A stretch of DNA of 64,000 bases from an uncultured Rickettsiales bacterium (GCA_964645205.1 CAZYBO010000004.1:177623-241622); one strand, 5' to 3'; positions 44,803-55,169 are shown, counted from the first letter of the stretch. The notes: generated by a model from the sequence alone, not told the origin. Translations and numbers: made by a program.

Positions 44803-47100
44803 ATGGCTCAAAAACGCGCACTCAAAAGCAAGAACGCCCCCGCAAAAAAGAAAAAGCGCCTTGCCGCGCCGACAAAAAAACCTGTCGTGAAAAAGAAGCT
44901 GCCCGTAAAAAGCAAGCCCAAGGCGAAACCCGCGAAGGCTAAAGCGAAAAACGTTGCCAGAGCCACCGTAAAGCCTGTAAAGAAGCAGGCCGCCGCCAAA
45001 ACCGCGCCCAAGCCGAAACCAAAACCCATCACGGCCAAACCGCAACCCGCCCCGCAGAGCAAGACGCCTGCGGCAAGGCATCAGGAGATCATAGTGAAGA
45101 ACGGTAAACCCACAAAAAAAATAGCCGAAAAAAAATCGGCCGCTAAGCCCGCTAAAAAAGACAGCACGAAAAAAGAATCCTCCAAAGAAGAATTGCAACA
45201 GGCCGTCGTCCGCAAGTTGATTGCGCTCGGAAAGGCGCGCGGTTTCATTACTTATGACGAATTGAACGCTATCCTGCCGTCGGACGAATTTTCGCCGGAA
45301 GTGATCGACGCCGCGATCAGCGCGCTGGCACAGGTAGACATCACCGTCACCGAAGAAGGTGCGCCGGTCGACCCTGCGGATGCGCCTGCGGAAGTGGATG
45401 CGGAAGAAGTGGAAAATGTCGGCCGCTCCGACGATCCGGTGCGCATGTATCTGCGCGAGATGGGTAACGTGGAATTACTATCGCGCGAAGGCGAAATCGA
45501 AATCGCCAAGCGCATCGAATCCGGCCGCGAAGTGGTTATCAGCGCATTGTGCGAATGCCCGCTGGTGATGAAGGAAATTCTCTCCTGGCGCGATGAGCTG
45601 GACGCAGGCACGATGTTGCTGCGCGACATCATCGATCTTGATGCGACCTACGGCGCAGGCAGCGAAACCGGCATGATCCCGGCAGCCGCAGCCGTCGCAG
45701 CGCCCGTCGTCAAAGCGGTCGAAGAAGAGGACGAGGACGAAGAAGACGAGGACGGCGACGAAGACGAAGAAAGCGAAGAAGGCGAAAAAGCCGCGCCGGA
45801 AGAAGATTTCGCCGAGGACGAAGATGACGGCACCGTGTCGCTGCTCGCCATGGAAAGCGCGCTGAAACCGCAGATATTAGAAACGCTCGACCAGTTCGCC
45901 AAGATCAGCAAAAAAATGCGTTCGCTGCAGGAAAAGCGCCTGACCAAATCGTTCGGTGAAGGCAAGTACAGCAAGGAAGACGAGAAACTCTACCAAAAGC
46001 TCCATCACGATCTCGTGGAGCTGATGATGGGCATGCGCTTCACCATCCACCGCGTCGAGAAACTCATCCACAAGCTCTACGATCTCAACCGCCGCCTGAT
46101 GATGCTCGAAGGCAAATTACTGCGCCTCGCGGAAGGCTACAAAATCAACCGCAAGCTGTTCATCGAGGCCTATATCGGCAGCGAACTCGACCCGGGCTGG
46201 GTCAAGCGCGTAGCCGCTCGCACCGACAAGGGATGGAAAGAATTCATCGCCAAGGACATCGCGGAAATCGAATCGATCCGCAAGGAAGTCGCGACCATGG
46301 CCGAAGCGGTGGGACTCGACATCGGCGAATTCAAGCGCATGATCCTCGCAGTGCAAAAAGGCGAGCGCGAAACCAACCGCGCGAAGAAAGAAATGATCGA
46401 AGCGAATTTGCGCCTCGTGATTTCCATCGCCAAGAAATACACCAACCGCGGATTGCAATTTCTCGACCTGATTCAGGAAGGCAATATCGGCCTGATGAAG
46501 GCGGTGGATAAGTTTGAATACCGCCGTGGCTATAAATTCTCCACCTACGCAACATGGTGGATACGTCAGGCCATCACGCGCTCGATCGCGGATCAGGCGC
46601 GCACCATCCGTATCCCCGTACACATGATCGAAACGATCAACAAGATCGTGCGCACCAGCCGCCAGATGCTGCACGAAATCGGCCGCGAGCCGACGCCGGA
46701 AGAATTGGCCGAACGCTTGGTGATGCCGCTGGACAAGGTACGCAAGGTGATGAAAATCGCCAAGGAGCCGGTGTCGCTGGAAACCCCGATCGGCGACGAG
46801 GAAGATTCGCATCTGGGCGATTTCATCGAAGATAAAAACGCCGTGCTGCCGCTCGACGCCGCCATCCAAAGCAACCTGCGTGAAACCACCACGCGCATCC
46901 TCGCCTCCCTCACCCCACGTGAAGAACGCGTGCTGCGCATGCGCTTTGGCATCGGCATGAACACCGACCACACGCTTGAAGAAGTAGGCCAGCAATTCTC
47001 GGTGACGCGCGAACGCATCCGCCAGATCGAAGCGAAAGCGCTGCGCAAGCTGAAACACCCGAGCCGCTCGCGCAAACTCAGGAGCTTCTTGGATTATTGA
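44803..47100 (+). CDS. rpoD: Primary sigma factor RpoD with a ~128-aa Lys/Ala/Pro-rich N-terminal extension
   Basis: Regions 2-4 are canonical ([56 protein letters not shown]; the 4.2 region [27 protein letters not shown]). There is an acidic non-conserved insert. The N-terminus is [36 protein letters not shown]... Confidence 0.95.
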   Translation: MAQKRALKSKNAPAKKKKRLAAPTKKPVVKKKLPVKSKPKAKPAKAKAKNVARATVKPVKKQAAAKTAPKPKPKPITAKPQPAPQSKTPAARHQEIIVKNGKPTKKIAEKKSAAKPAKKDSTKKESSKEELQQAVVRKLIALGKARGFITYDELNAILPSDEFSPEVIDAAISALAQVDITVTEEGAPVDPADAPAEVDAEEVENVGRSDDPVRMYLREMGNVELLSREGEIEIAKRIESGREVVISALCECPLVMKEILSWRDELDAGTMLLRDIIDLDATYGAGSETGMIPAAAAVAAPVVKAVEEEDEDEEDEDGDEDEESEEGEKAAPEEDFAEDEDDGTVSLLAMESALKPQILETLDQFAKISKKMRSLQEKRLTKSFGEGKYSKEDEKLYQKLHHDLVELMMGMRFTIHRVEKLIHKLYDLNRRLMMLEGKLLRLAEGYKINRKLFIEAYIGSELDPGWVKRVAARTDKGWKEFIAKDIAEIESIRKEVATMAEAVGLDIGEFKRMILAVQKGERETNRAKKEMIEANLRLVISIAKKYTNRGLQFLDLIQEGNIGLMKAVDKFEYRRGYKFSTYATWWIRQAITRSIADQARTIRIPVHMIETINKIVRTSRQMLHEIGREPTPEELAERLVMPLDKVRKVMKIAKEPVSLETPIGDEEDSHLGDFIEDKNAVLPLDAAIQSNLRETTTRILASLTPREERVLRMRFGIGMNTDHTLEEVGQQFSVTRERIRQIEAKALRKLKHPSRSRKLRSFLDY

Positions 47101-47321
47101 TGTCCGCCATCGACCTGAAAAAATGGAAGCGCAGCAGCGAAGGGTTCACCTCGCCCGCCCTGCCGCCACCGTTATTCAAGGAACAGAAGGGCGTGCTCAT
47201 CCGCGAAAAGATTTTTGCTGAATTCGACGACAAGCGGCGTATGATCAAAATCCTCATCAACGACAAGGCTGCCAAGGGCAATGAGGAAAAACTCGAACGC
47301 CTCGGTTGGATTAAGGGATAG
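47100..47321 (+). CDS. Hypothetical 73-aa protein
   Basis: The ATG overlaps the rpoD TGA (TGATG). Strong G/C third-position bias in this frame. The stop lies 3 nt before the NDUFA12-like gene. No motif recognised. Confidence 0.5.
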   Translation: MSAIDLKKWKRSSEGFTSPALPPPLFKEQKGVLIREKIFAEFDDKRRMIKILINDKAAKGNEEKLERLGWIKG

Positions 47322-47324
47322 ACC

Positions 47325-47678
47325 ATGACCATCACCACGCGCATTTTCACGTATTTCCGCGGCAGGCTCGTCGGCAAGGACGCGTTCGGCAACAAATACT
47401 ACCGCGAACGCCGCATACCGGCAAACCGCCGCGAAAAACGCTGGGTAATATTCCACGGCAAGGCGGAACCCACGAAAGTTCCCCCCGAATGGCACGGCTG
47501 GCTGCATTACACGCATAACAATCCGCCTGCTGAACGCGCGATTCGCCACTATGCCTGGGAAAAACCGCATTTGCCGAACTTAACCGGCACGCCCGGCGCC
47601 TACGTCCCGCCCGGCCATTTGCTGCGCGGCGGCAAGCGCGCGGAAGCCACGGCGGACTATGAGTCGTGGAAGCCCTAA
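47325..47678 (+). CDS. NDUFA12-family protein (NADH:ubiquinone oxidoreductase subunit 17.2-like)
   Basis: FTYFRGRLVGKDAFGNKYYRE...RWVIFHGKAEPTKVPPEWHGWLHYT is the characteristic NDUFA12 motif. Confidence 0.85.
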   Translation: MTITTRIFTYFRGRLVGKDAFGNKYYRERRIPANRREKRWVIFHGKAEPTKVPPEWHGWLHYTHNNPPAERAIRHYAWEKPHLPNLTGTPGAYVPPGHLLRGGKRAEATADYESWKP

Positions 47679-47682
47679 CAAC

Positions 47683-48540
47683 CTAGCTGAACATAATCGC
47701 CAGCGTCACCGCCAGCCATGCGAATGCGTTGGCCAGTTGCAGCTTGTCTTTGAATAAGATGGCCTCCGGCTCGCCGCCCTTGCCGTACACATAGATCGAT
47801 TGCAGGTAGCGGAACAGGCCAAACGCCACGAACCCCACCGTGTAGATCATCTCCGTTTTGCCGATGCGGGTTGCGACTTCGGCGGCGTAGATGGCGTAGG
47901 TCATCAGCGCGCTGCCGGCGGAAATCACCAGCATGCGGTCGAGCAGGTTACGGTTGTAATGGCGCAGGTTTGCGCGGGCGCGGGCATATTCCTCGAATCC
48001 CAGCTCATGGTACCGTTTGCCGCAGGCAAGGAACAGCGCGAGCAAGAACGTGGCGAGCACGATCCATGGTGAAATCCGTACATCCAGCGCATAGCCGCCC
48101 ATCAGCACGCGCAGCACGTAGCAGAAGGCGATAAAGAAAATATCGATGATGGCGATCTGCTTGAGATAAAACGTGTAGAGCACGTTCAGCCCGACATACA
48201 CCATCGCCACCGCCGCGCACGGCGCAGGCAGGCGCAGCAGCAGCATGCCCGCGAGCACGGCGAACCCGCACAGCATCGCCAGCGCCACCGCGACCGGCAG
48301 CCGCCCCGACGCCAGCGGCCGGTGTTTTTTCACCGGGTGCGTACGGTCTTCGGCTACATCCTGCACATCGTTGATGATATAGACGCAACAAGACATACAC
48401 AGAAAGCACAACGCCGCCTCCAGCGAAATTTTCCACGCCAGCGGCTGCGTAAACAGCCCGGCGAAGAACATCGGCGCCAGCACGAAGCCGTTTTTTATCC
48501 ATTGCCGCGGGCGTAGCAGCCTGATTGCCGGAGAGATCAT
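47683..48540 (-). CDS. UbiA-family prenyltransferase, decaprenyl-phosphate phosphoribosyltransferase-like
   Basis: LLRPRQWIKNGFVLAPMFFAG...NDVQDVAEDRTHPVKKHRPLASG. 285 aa, about 8 TM segments. Confidence 0.8.
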   Translation of the reverse strand: MISPAIRLLRPRQWIKNGFVLAPMFFAGLFTQPLAWKISLEAALCFLCMSCCVYIINDVQDVAEDRTHPVKKHRPLASGRLPVAVALAMLCGFAVLAGMLLLRLPAPCAAVAMVYVGLNVLYTFYLKQIAIIDIFFIAFCYVLRVLMGGYALDVRISPWIVLATFLLALFLACGKRYHELGFEEYARARANLRHYNRNLLDRMLVISAGSALMTYAIYAAEVATRIGKTEMIYTVGFVAFGLFRYLQSIYVYGKGGEPEAILFKDKLQLANAFAWLAVTLAIMFS

Positions 48541-48642
48541 AGGATTGTTTTACCGGATGTTGCGGTTTTTTGCTTTGAAAACATTTCTTTTTTGCTATTG
48601 ATTGCAGTCAGTGACAAGAAAAAAGGTGGAAAAGGCCTGACC

Positions 48643-49119
48643 ATGCAGAAAAATATCCTCGAAACGCTAATGGGCGCCATCGTGTTGCTGGTGGCAGGCG
48701 CGTTCCTGACCTTCGCTTACGAAGGCAGCCAGATGCGCGTGGATGACGGCTACAAGGTCACCACCGCTTTCTCCAACGCGTCGGGCATTGCGCTCGGCAG
48801 CGACGTACGCATCGGCGGCGTGAAAGTGGGTGTGGTGTCCGACCTCACGCTCGACCCGCAGACCTACAAGGCGGTGGCCACCATGCAGATCCGTAAAGAT
48901 ACGCTGGTGCCGAAAGATTCCTCGGCTTCCATCGTAAGCAGCGGGCTTCTTGGCGATAAATATGTGCAACTCACCCCCGGCGGCGACGAAAAGATGCTCG
49001 CAGACGGCGGCGTGATCAAGTTCAACCAGTCGGCGGTCAACCTCGAAGAAATGATCGGAAAATTCATGTTCAGCGGCGGCGGGGTGGACAAGGATGAGAA
49101 ACAACCCGCCGGGGAATAG
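48643..49119 (+). CDS. mlaD: Outer-membrane lipid asymmetry protein MlaD (MCE domain)
   Basis: MQKNILETLMGAIVLLVAGAFL (anchor), then ...SNASGIALGSDVRIGGVKVGVVSDLTLDP... (MCE domain). Start moved to ATG 48643. Confidence 0.85.
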   Translation: MQKNILETLMGAIVLLVAGAFLTFAYEGSQMRVDDGYKVTTAFSNASGIALGSDVRIGGVKVGVVSDLTLDPQTYKAVATMQIRKDTLVPKDSSASIVSSGLLGDKYVQLTPGGDEKMLADGGVIKFNQSAVNLEEMIGKFMFSGGGVDKDEKQPAGE

Positions 49120-49558
49120 CGTGCGCGCCCCCCTCGCCCTGCTGCTTTGCCTTGCGGCATTTTCTTTCACGGCCGGTGCAGCCGATATTGAGGTTACCGA
49201 TACGCCGCCGCCGGTAGTCGCGCCACAGCCGCAATACAACACCATCGTACTGCAGGGATTGAACAAGGTCACAGGCCATATTTCCAAACTCGATGGCCCT
49301 TTGGGTTCTGCGCTGCGCTTTGGGAACATCGAGATCGTCGCGCGCAAATGCTGGAAAGCCCCGCCGGAAGACCGGCCGGAAAACGCCGCCTTGCTGGATA
49401 TTTCCGAACTGAAACAGGGCGAAGCGCCGCAGTCGATTTTCCTCGGCTGGATGTTTTCCTCCAGCCCTGGCCTGTCCGGGCTGGAACACCCGGTTTACGA
49501 CATCACCGTGCTGGCCTGCGAAGAGCGGAAAGAGCCGGAAAAAGAAGATTCCAAATAA
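49094..49558 (+). CDS. DUF2155 periplasmic protein
   Basis: Signal peptide, then VLQGLNKVTGHISKLDGPLGSALRFGNIEIVARKCWKAPPEDRPENAALLDI. This is the DUF2155 pattern, in the usual position after mlaD in alphaproteobacteria. Confidence 0.75.
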   Translation: MRNNPPGNSVRAPLALLLCLAAFSFTAGAADIEVTDTPPPVVAPQPQYNTIVLQGLNKVTGHISKLDGPLGSALRFGNIEIVARKCWKAPPEDRPENAALLDISELKQGEAPQSIFLGWMFSSSPGLSGLEHPVYDITVLACEERKEPEKEDSK

Positions 49559-49571
49559 TCGCTCAGGCAAT

Positions 49572-50630
49572 CTAGCCGTCGACACCGACAGCCTGAGAAA
49601 TATGCGTAAACCCGTCGCGCTCCAGCAGTTCTACCAATCCCGACTGGATGGCGGGGATCAGCGCGAAGCCCTGATAGACTAGCGCGGTGTAGAGCTGCAC
49701 GAGGGTAGCGCCCGCGCGAATTTTTATATAGGCGTCTTCAGCCGATGCGATGCCGCCGGTGCCGATAAGCGGAATTTTTCCCCCGATAAGACGGTGGAAA
49801 TCCCGGAGCGCTTCGGTGGAACGCGTAAAGACCGGTTTGCCGGAAAGCCCGCCCTGCTCCCCGTTATAGCGGCTGATGAGATGCGGGCGCGCAAGCGTGG
49901 TGTTGCTTACGATCAGCCCGTCCATACCGGATTCCAGCACGCTTTGCGCGATATCTTCCTTTTCCTGCGCGTCAAGATCAGGCGCGACCTTCAGCAGCAT
50001 AGGCGTTTTGCGTTTGTGCGCGCGGGCGCAGCCTTCGCCGGTTTCGCGCAACGCGGTCAGGAGCTCAACCAGTGCCTCGCGCTTTTGCAGCGCGCGCAGG
50101 CCGGGCGTGTTGGGTGAGGAAATATTGACGGTGATGTAATCGGCATAGGGATACACCGCCATTACGCCTTGCGCATAATCGGCCACCGCGTCGGTCGCGT
50201 CTTTATTCTTGCCGATATTCGCGCCTACTATGCCTCTCGATTTATCGTGCGCGCCGATATTGGCGATGAACGTTGCGAGCCCTTCATTGTTAAAACCCAG
50301 CCGGTTGATGACCGCCTCGTCCTCGCGCAGGCGGAAAATGCGCGGGCGCGGATTGCCCGGCTGCGGCAGCGGCGTCACCGTTCCTGCCTCGACGAAACCG
50401 AATCCCTGCGCGATCAACGCATCGACGGCTTCGGCGTTTTTGTCGAACCCGGCGGCAAGCCCCACGGGATTGGGAAATTCCAGGCCTAAGGTTTTGACCG
50501 CAAGCGCGGGGTGACTAAACGCCGCTTGCTTTGGCAGCAGGCGGTGGCGCAACGCGAACAAACCGAGGCGGTGGGCGGCTTCCGGCGGCAGCGCGTGCAG
50601 CAGCGGCTTCATGAGCGGATAGATTTGCAT
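49572..50630 (-). CDS. pyrD: Dihydroorotate dehydrogenase (quinone), class 2
   Basis: 352 aa: FPNPVGLAAGFDKNAE...GANIGKNKD...NISSPNTPGLR...GTGGI. Confidence 0.95.
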   Translation of the reverse strand: MQIYPLMKPLLHALPPEAAHRLGLFALRHRLLPKQAAFSHPALAVKTLGLEFPNPVGLAAGFDKNAEAVDALIAQGFGFVEAGTVTPLPQPGNPRPRIFRLREDEAVINRLGFNNEGLATFIANIGAHDKSRGIVGANIGKNKDATDAVADYAQGVMAVYPYADYITVNISSPNTPGLRALQKREALVELLTALRETGEGCARAHKRKTPMLLKVAPDLDAQEKEDIAQSVLESGMDGLIVSNTTLARPHLISRYNGEQGGLSGKPVFTRSTEALRDFHRLIGGKIPLIGTGGIASAEDAYIKIRAGATLVQLYTALVYQGFALIPAIQSGLVELLERDGFTHISQAVGVDG

Positions 50631-50639
50631 GGCGCCAAT

Positions 50640-50909
50640 CTAATCGTGCGCAGGATAAATGGAAAGAAGGAGTTTCGCCTGCTCCTGCGTCATGGACGAA
50701 GGCGCTGTGGATCGTACTGGCTCGAGTTTTTCCTTCGGATGCGTTGCCAGCGGCTTTACGGGACGGGCTTGATACGCAAACGGCCGCGTGACATGCGGCA
50801 CGGAAAGCGGCATGAACCGCGCCGCTTTTTCCGGCGTGGCCGCATCCGTTCCGGCCATCGCCGGAAAACAGGCGCACAGGCAGGCGAACATGACGAGAAT
50901 ATTTTTCAT
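50640..50909 (-). CDS. Small secreted hypothetical protein
   Basis: 89 aa. The signal peptide MKNILVMFACLCACFPAMAG may carry a lipobox-like Cys. No other motif. Confidence 0.5.
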   Translation of the reverse strand: MKNILVMFACLCACFPAMAGTDAATPEKAARFMPLSVPHVTRPFAYQARPVKPLATHPKEKLEPVRSTAPSSMTQEQAKLLLSIYPAHD

Positions 50910-50987
50910 ACCCGCTATTTAGCAAATTATATGCCACGCCTTGTTTTACTTTAATGTTTTTTTAATGGGATTCGTGGTGTATACATA

Positions 50988-52886
50988 ATGACGACTTTGA
51001 CACTACATGTAGTTGGCATGGCTTACCGCTTACCCTCGAATTTGAATTTTGCCGCCCTACTCTGCTGCACATTGGCGAGCGTGGTTGCGCACCCCGTCGC
51101 TGCGGAGACGCTGATGTACGGCAAGAACGGCTCGGGGCGCTACGCCACCGGCAGCCGCACGGAACCGACCGACCCTTACGCCAACCCTTACCAGCAGCGC
51201 CGCGGCACCGCACGCGCGCAAGCGATCCAGAACCGTTACCCTTCCGCCACGCAGCAGCCCACACAAACGGCTTCCGCTGCACCTGCGCGCACGCCGTCAA
51301 CCCCGCTGAGAATTGTCGTACCCAACCTTGAAGCCGCACAGCAAAAGGGCGGCACCATGGTGCGGATGACGCCCGCTCCGCGCGTTTCAACGCCCGCGTA
51401 CCAACCGCCTCCACCTGTCGAAATAGCCAGCGCCGAACCGGTTATATCACCGCCGGAATATGGCGCCGCCGAACCGCGTTTCGTGGCCGATGCCGAACCG
51501 TCCGCGCCGCCGATTGAAAAATCCTTTGCCGCACCCAAACCGCTTTCGACCACTGCCGAATATAGCGCGCAGAGCGTGATGGCGCGCGCGGTGGCGCCGC
51601 TGATGAGCATTATCGCCAGCATCGCACCCGAATCACCCGCACCCGCTGTCAAAACCGCATCCGTGCAAATAGATCAGGCGGAGCAATTCGCCGCACTTGC
51701 GCCTGCCGCCGGTGAGCCTGCACCCACCGTACCGCTGATCGCAGCGCCACAACAACCTGCCGCTCCGACTCCTGAAGAAAAACCGGAAGCGCCGACCGCA
51801 CCGGTTCCTGCCGCACCGGTTGCACCAAAGGCACCTGAACCGAAAGCCGCGGCACCCGCGCCGGAACCTGTTGCACAACCTGCATCTGAGCCTGCCGCCA
51901 GCCCCGCCAGCGCCACGCTGGATGAAGCGCTGCAAACAGCCGCGCCGGAGCCTAAGGCCGAAACGCCGGTAGTGCCCAAGAAAAAACCGATGACGAAAAA
52001 AGAACCGGAAGCGCCGAAAGCCACTAAGGTTGCCGCGCCCGTCAAGCCGTTGATCGAAGAGCCCCCGGCGACCGAAGCGGCTGAAACGCCCAGTGAGCCT
52101 GCTCCCACCCTGAGCGCGGCCAGCAAAACCATCCTCGATAAAATCAACCCAAAGCCCGATGCACCGAAAAAAGGCAAGCACGAGCCGCTTTCCATCGACC
52201 GCGCCAAGGATACGCAGGAGATTTCCGAAGGATCCCCCGTCGCGGAGACCGCTTCGGTGCACCACGAATCCATGGGCATCAAGATCGAGGTGAAAAGCCG
52301 CCCGGTGAATTACGATTACGAGTTGGAAAAGGCTTATAACGCGCTTATCGCCGGGCAGACGGATGTAGCGGTCGCCATTTATAAATCCGTGCTCGAAAAC
52401 AACCCCTCCAACAAGGGTGCGCTATTTGGGCTGGCCACGACCTACCACCGCTCCGGGCAGATCGATATGGCGAGACCGTATTACGGAAAGCTGTTGTCGA
52501 TCGACCCGCAAAACCGCGACGGGCTGAATAATTTCCTCGTCCTGCTGGCCGATGAAGCGCCCGAAGAAGCCCTGTCGCAGATGGAAAAACTCGAGGCGAA
52601 AAACCCCGGCTTCAGCCCGATCCCGGCGCAAATGGCGATTATTTACCAGAAGCTCGGAAAAACAGAGCTGGCGGGTGAAAAAATGCTCAAGGCCATCACG
52701 TTGGCGCCGGAAAACCTGACTTATCGCTATAACCTCGCCATTATGCTCGATAAACAGCATAAATATGAGCAGGCGATGCCGCTGTACAGACAGCTTATTG
52801 AAGCACAGCAGCGCGGGGAAGCCATACCCGGTAATGTCCAGAAAATTCAGGAAAGATTAACCTTTATTAGCTCTAATAGACCCTGA
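50988..52886 (+). CDS. Secreted TPR-repeat protein with a long Pro/Ala-rich low-complexity linker
   Basis: Signal-like AYRLPSNLNFAALLCCTLASVVAHPVAAE (the true start may be ATG 51018). About 350 aa are P/A/E-rich. The C-terminal ~200 aa hold TPR-type repeats (AYNALIAGQTDVAVAIYKSVLENNPSN..., LAIMLDKQHKYEQAMPLYRQLI). It lies immediately upstream of pilT. Confidence 0.7.
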   Translation: MTTLTLHVVGMAYRLPSNLNFAALLCCTLASVVAHPVAAETLMYGKNGSGRYATGSRTEPTDPYANPYQQRRGTARAQAIQNRYPSATQQPTQTASAAPARTPSTPLRIVVPNLEAAQQKGGTMVRMTPAPRVSTPAYQPPPPVEIASAEPVISPPEYGAAEPRFVADAEPSAPPIEKSFAAPKPLSTTAEYSAQSVMARAVAPLMSIIASIAPESPAPAVKTASVQIDQAEQFAALAPAAGEPAPTVPLIAAPQQPAAPTPEEKPEAPTAPVPAAPVAPKAPEPKAAAPAPEPVAQPASEPAASPASATLDEALQTAAPEPKAETPVVPKKKPMTKKEPEAPKATKVAAPVKPLIEEPPATEAAETPSEPAPTLSAASKTILDKINPKPDAPKKGKHEPLSIDRAKDTQEISEGSPVAETASVHHESMGIKIEVKSRPVNYDYELEKAYNALIAGQTDVAVAIYKSVLENNPSNKGALFGLATTYHRSGQIDMARPYYGKLLSIDPQNRDGLNNFLVLLADEAPEEALSQMEKLEAKNPGFSPIPAQMAIIYQKLGKTELAGEKMLKAITLAPENLTYRYNLAIMLDKQHKYEQAMPLYRQLIEAQQRGEAIPGNVQKIQERLTFISSNRP

Positions 52887-52905
52887 ACCTTTTCAGCGGT
52901 CTTAT

Positions 52906-54018
52906 ATGGAAATCACCGATCTCCTGATTTATACGGACAAGAATAAAGCGTCCGACCTTCACCTTTCTGCCACCAATCCCCCCATCCTGCGCATCCACGG
53001 GGAAATGGTGCCGTACCAGTCGCCCGCGCTCGGCGTGGACGATGTGAAGCGCATGCTCTATTCCATCATGACCGAGCAGCAGCGCTCCGATTACGAGCGC
53101 GATCTGGAAATCGACTTCGCGATTTCGTTCAGCAAGGAAATGCGTTTTCGCGTCAACGCGTTCAATACGCTAAACGGTCCTGCCGCCGTGCTACGTACCA
53201 TCCCCAACAAAATCCTTTCGCTTGAAGAGCTGGGCACGCCGGACGTACTGAAAAAACTCTGCCACCTGCATAAAGGCCTCATTCTCGTGACCGGCCCTAC
53301 CGGTTCGGGTAAATCGACGACGATGGCGGCCATGCTCGACTACGTAAACGCCAACGAAGCCAAGCACATCATCACCATCGAAGACCCGGTGGAATTCATC
53401 CACACCTCGAAAAAATCGCTGATCAACCAGCGCGAGGTGGGCAAGAACACCAAATCTTTCGCCAAGGCGCTGCGCAGCGCGCTGCGCGAAGACCCGGACA
53501 TCGTGCTGGTGGGCGAATTGCGCGACATCGAAACCATCCAGCTCGCGCTGACCGCCGCCGAAACGGGGCACTTGGTCATGGGCACGCTGCACACCAATTC
53601 CGCGCCTAAAACCATCGACCGTATCATCGACGTGTTCCCTGCCAACGACAAGGAAATGGTGCGCGCGATGCTGTCCGTATCGCTCGAAGGCGTCGTCACG
53701 CAGGCGCTGCTCAAGAAAAACGGCGGCGGCCGCGTAGCCGTGCACGAAATCATGCTGGGCACCGGCGCGGTGCGTAACCTGATCCGCGAAGGCAAGGTAC
53801 CGCAGCTATTCTCCATCATGCAATTGGGCAGCAAGCTCGGCATGTGCACGATGAAAGACAGTATCTACGGATTGCTGGAAAAGAATATCATCACCGAAGA
53901 AGTCGCACGCAGCGCGCTCGCCAGCAGTTCCAGCGACGATTCGGAAGAAGGCGCGCAATTGCCCGGCAATAAACGTCCCGGCGGCGGTTCCGCAGCCAAG
54001 TCCGCACATTCATTCTAG
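52906..54018 (+). CDS. pilT: Type IV pilus retraction ATPase PilT
   Basis: Walker A GPTGSGKST, Asp box, AETGHLVMGTLHTNSA, and the PilT-type N-terminus DLHLSATNPPILRIHG. Confidence 0.9.
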   Translation: MEITDLLIYTDKNKASDLHLSATNPPILRIHGEMVPYQSPALGVDDVKRMLYSIMTEQQRSDYERDLEIDFAISFSKEMRFRVNAFNTLNGPAAVLRTIPNKILSLEELGTPDVLKKLCHLHKGLILVTGPTGSGKSTTMAAMLDYVNANEAKHIITIEDPVEFIHTSKKSLINQREVGKNTKSFAKALRSALREDPDIVLVGELRDIETIQLALTAAETGHLVMGTLHTNSAPKTIDRIIDVFPANDKEMVRAMLSVSLEGVVTQALLKKNGGGRVAVHEIMLGTGAVRNLIREGKVPQLFSIMQLGSKLGMCTMKDSIYGLLEKNIITEEVARSALASSSSDDSEEGAQLPGNKRPGGGSAAKSAHSF

Positions 54019-54027
54019 GGGCACCGC

Positions 54028-55167
54028 ATGAGCGTCAACACCGAAGCCATGATTCAGGATTTTATCGATAAGGATGCCACCGACCTTTACCTGACCGTGG
54101 GCGCGCCGCCTTCTTTACGTTTCGGCAACCGCATCGAGCCTTATAACAACCAGAAACTGACCGAGGCCGACATACGCGAAATCCTGCCTGCGCTGGTCAG
54201 CAGCGACGTCATCGACGAATTTGAATCCACGCTCGAATTCAACACGGCGGTATACTGGAAAAATATCGCGCGTTTCCGCATCAATATCTTCCGCCAGCGC
54301 CAGAATACCGGCCTCGTCATCCGCCGCATCCAGACGAACATCCCTACCCTCGCCTCGCTCGACCTGCCGAAAATCTACGAAGAGCTTATCATGGAAAAGC
54401 GCGGGCTGATCCTGCTGGTCGGGCAAACCGGCGCGGGCAAATCCACTTCGCTGGCTGCCATGCTTGAGCACCGCAACACGCACGGACAGGGTCATATCGT
54501 CACCATCGAAGACCCGATCGAATTCATCCTGAGCCACAAGAACTGCATCATCACCCAGCGCGACGTGGGTATCGACACCTACTCGTTCAGCATCGGGCTG
54601 AAGAACACGCTGAGGCAAACGCCGGACGTCGTGGTCATCGGTGAAATCCGCGATCGCGAAACTATGGAACACGCCATCGTATTCGCGGAAACGGGGCATC
54701 TGTGCCTTGCCACCCTGCACGCCAACAACGCGAATCAGGCCATCGAGCGCATCATCAATTTTTTCCCGGAAGAAAAGCACAAGCAGGTGCTCGCCAACCT
54801 ATCGATGAATCTCAAGGCTATCCTGTCGCAGCGCCTCGTGCCCAACACGAAGGGCGCGCGCAGCATCGCGCTGGAAATCATGATCAACCAGGGGTTGATC
54901 CGCAGCCTGATTCAGGAAGGGCGCGTGAAAGAAATCAAGGATCTGATCGAGCGCGGGCAAGACGAAGGCATGCAGACCTTCGACCAGAGCCTACTTACCC
55001 TGTTCATCGCGGGGCTTATCACCGAAGAGGCCGCTCTCGCGGAATCCGACAACCCGGCGAACTTACGACTGGCGATAAAGCAGCTTGAGATGAGCAAGCG
55101 CGTAACCGGCGCGTCACCCGCAGCGCCCATGACGACCATGGGCAATTCCAGCAAGCAGCAATTTTAA
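54028..55167 (+). CDS. pilU: PilT-family ATPase, PilU-like
   Basis: GQTGAGKSTS, AETGHLCLATLHANNA. A second PilT paralog directly after pilT, as in pilT-pilU pairs. Confidence 0.8.
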   Translation: MSVNTEAMIQDFIDKDATDLYLTVGAPPSLRFGNRIEPYNNQKLTEADIREILPALVSSDVIDEFESTLEFNTAVYWKNIARFRINIFRQRQNTGLVIRRIQTNIPTLASLDLPKIYEELIMEKRGLILLVGQTGAGKSTSLAAMLEHRNTHGQGHIVTIEDPIEFILSHKNCIITQRDVGIDTYSFSIGLKNTLRQTPDVVVIGEIRDRETMEHAIVFAETGHLCLATLHANNANQAIERIINFFPEEKHKQVLANLSMNLKAILSQRLVPNTKGARSIALEIMINQGLIRSLIQEGRVKEIKDLIERGQDEGMQTFDQSLLTLFIAGLITEEAALAESDNPANLRLAIKQLEMSKRVTGASPAAPMTTMGNSSKQQF

Positions 55168-55169
55168 GA

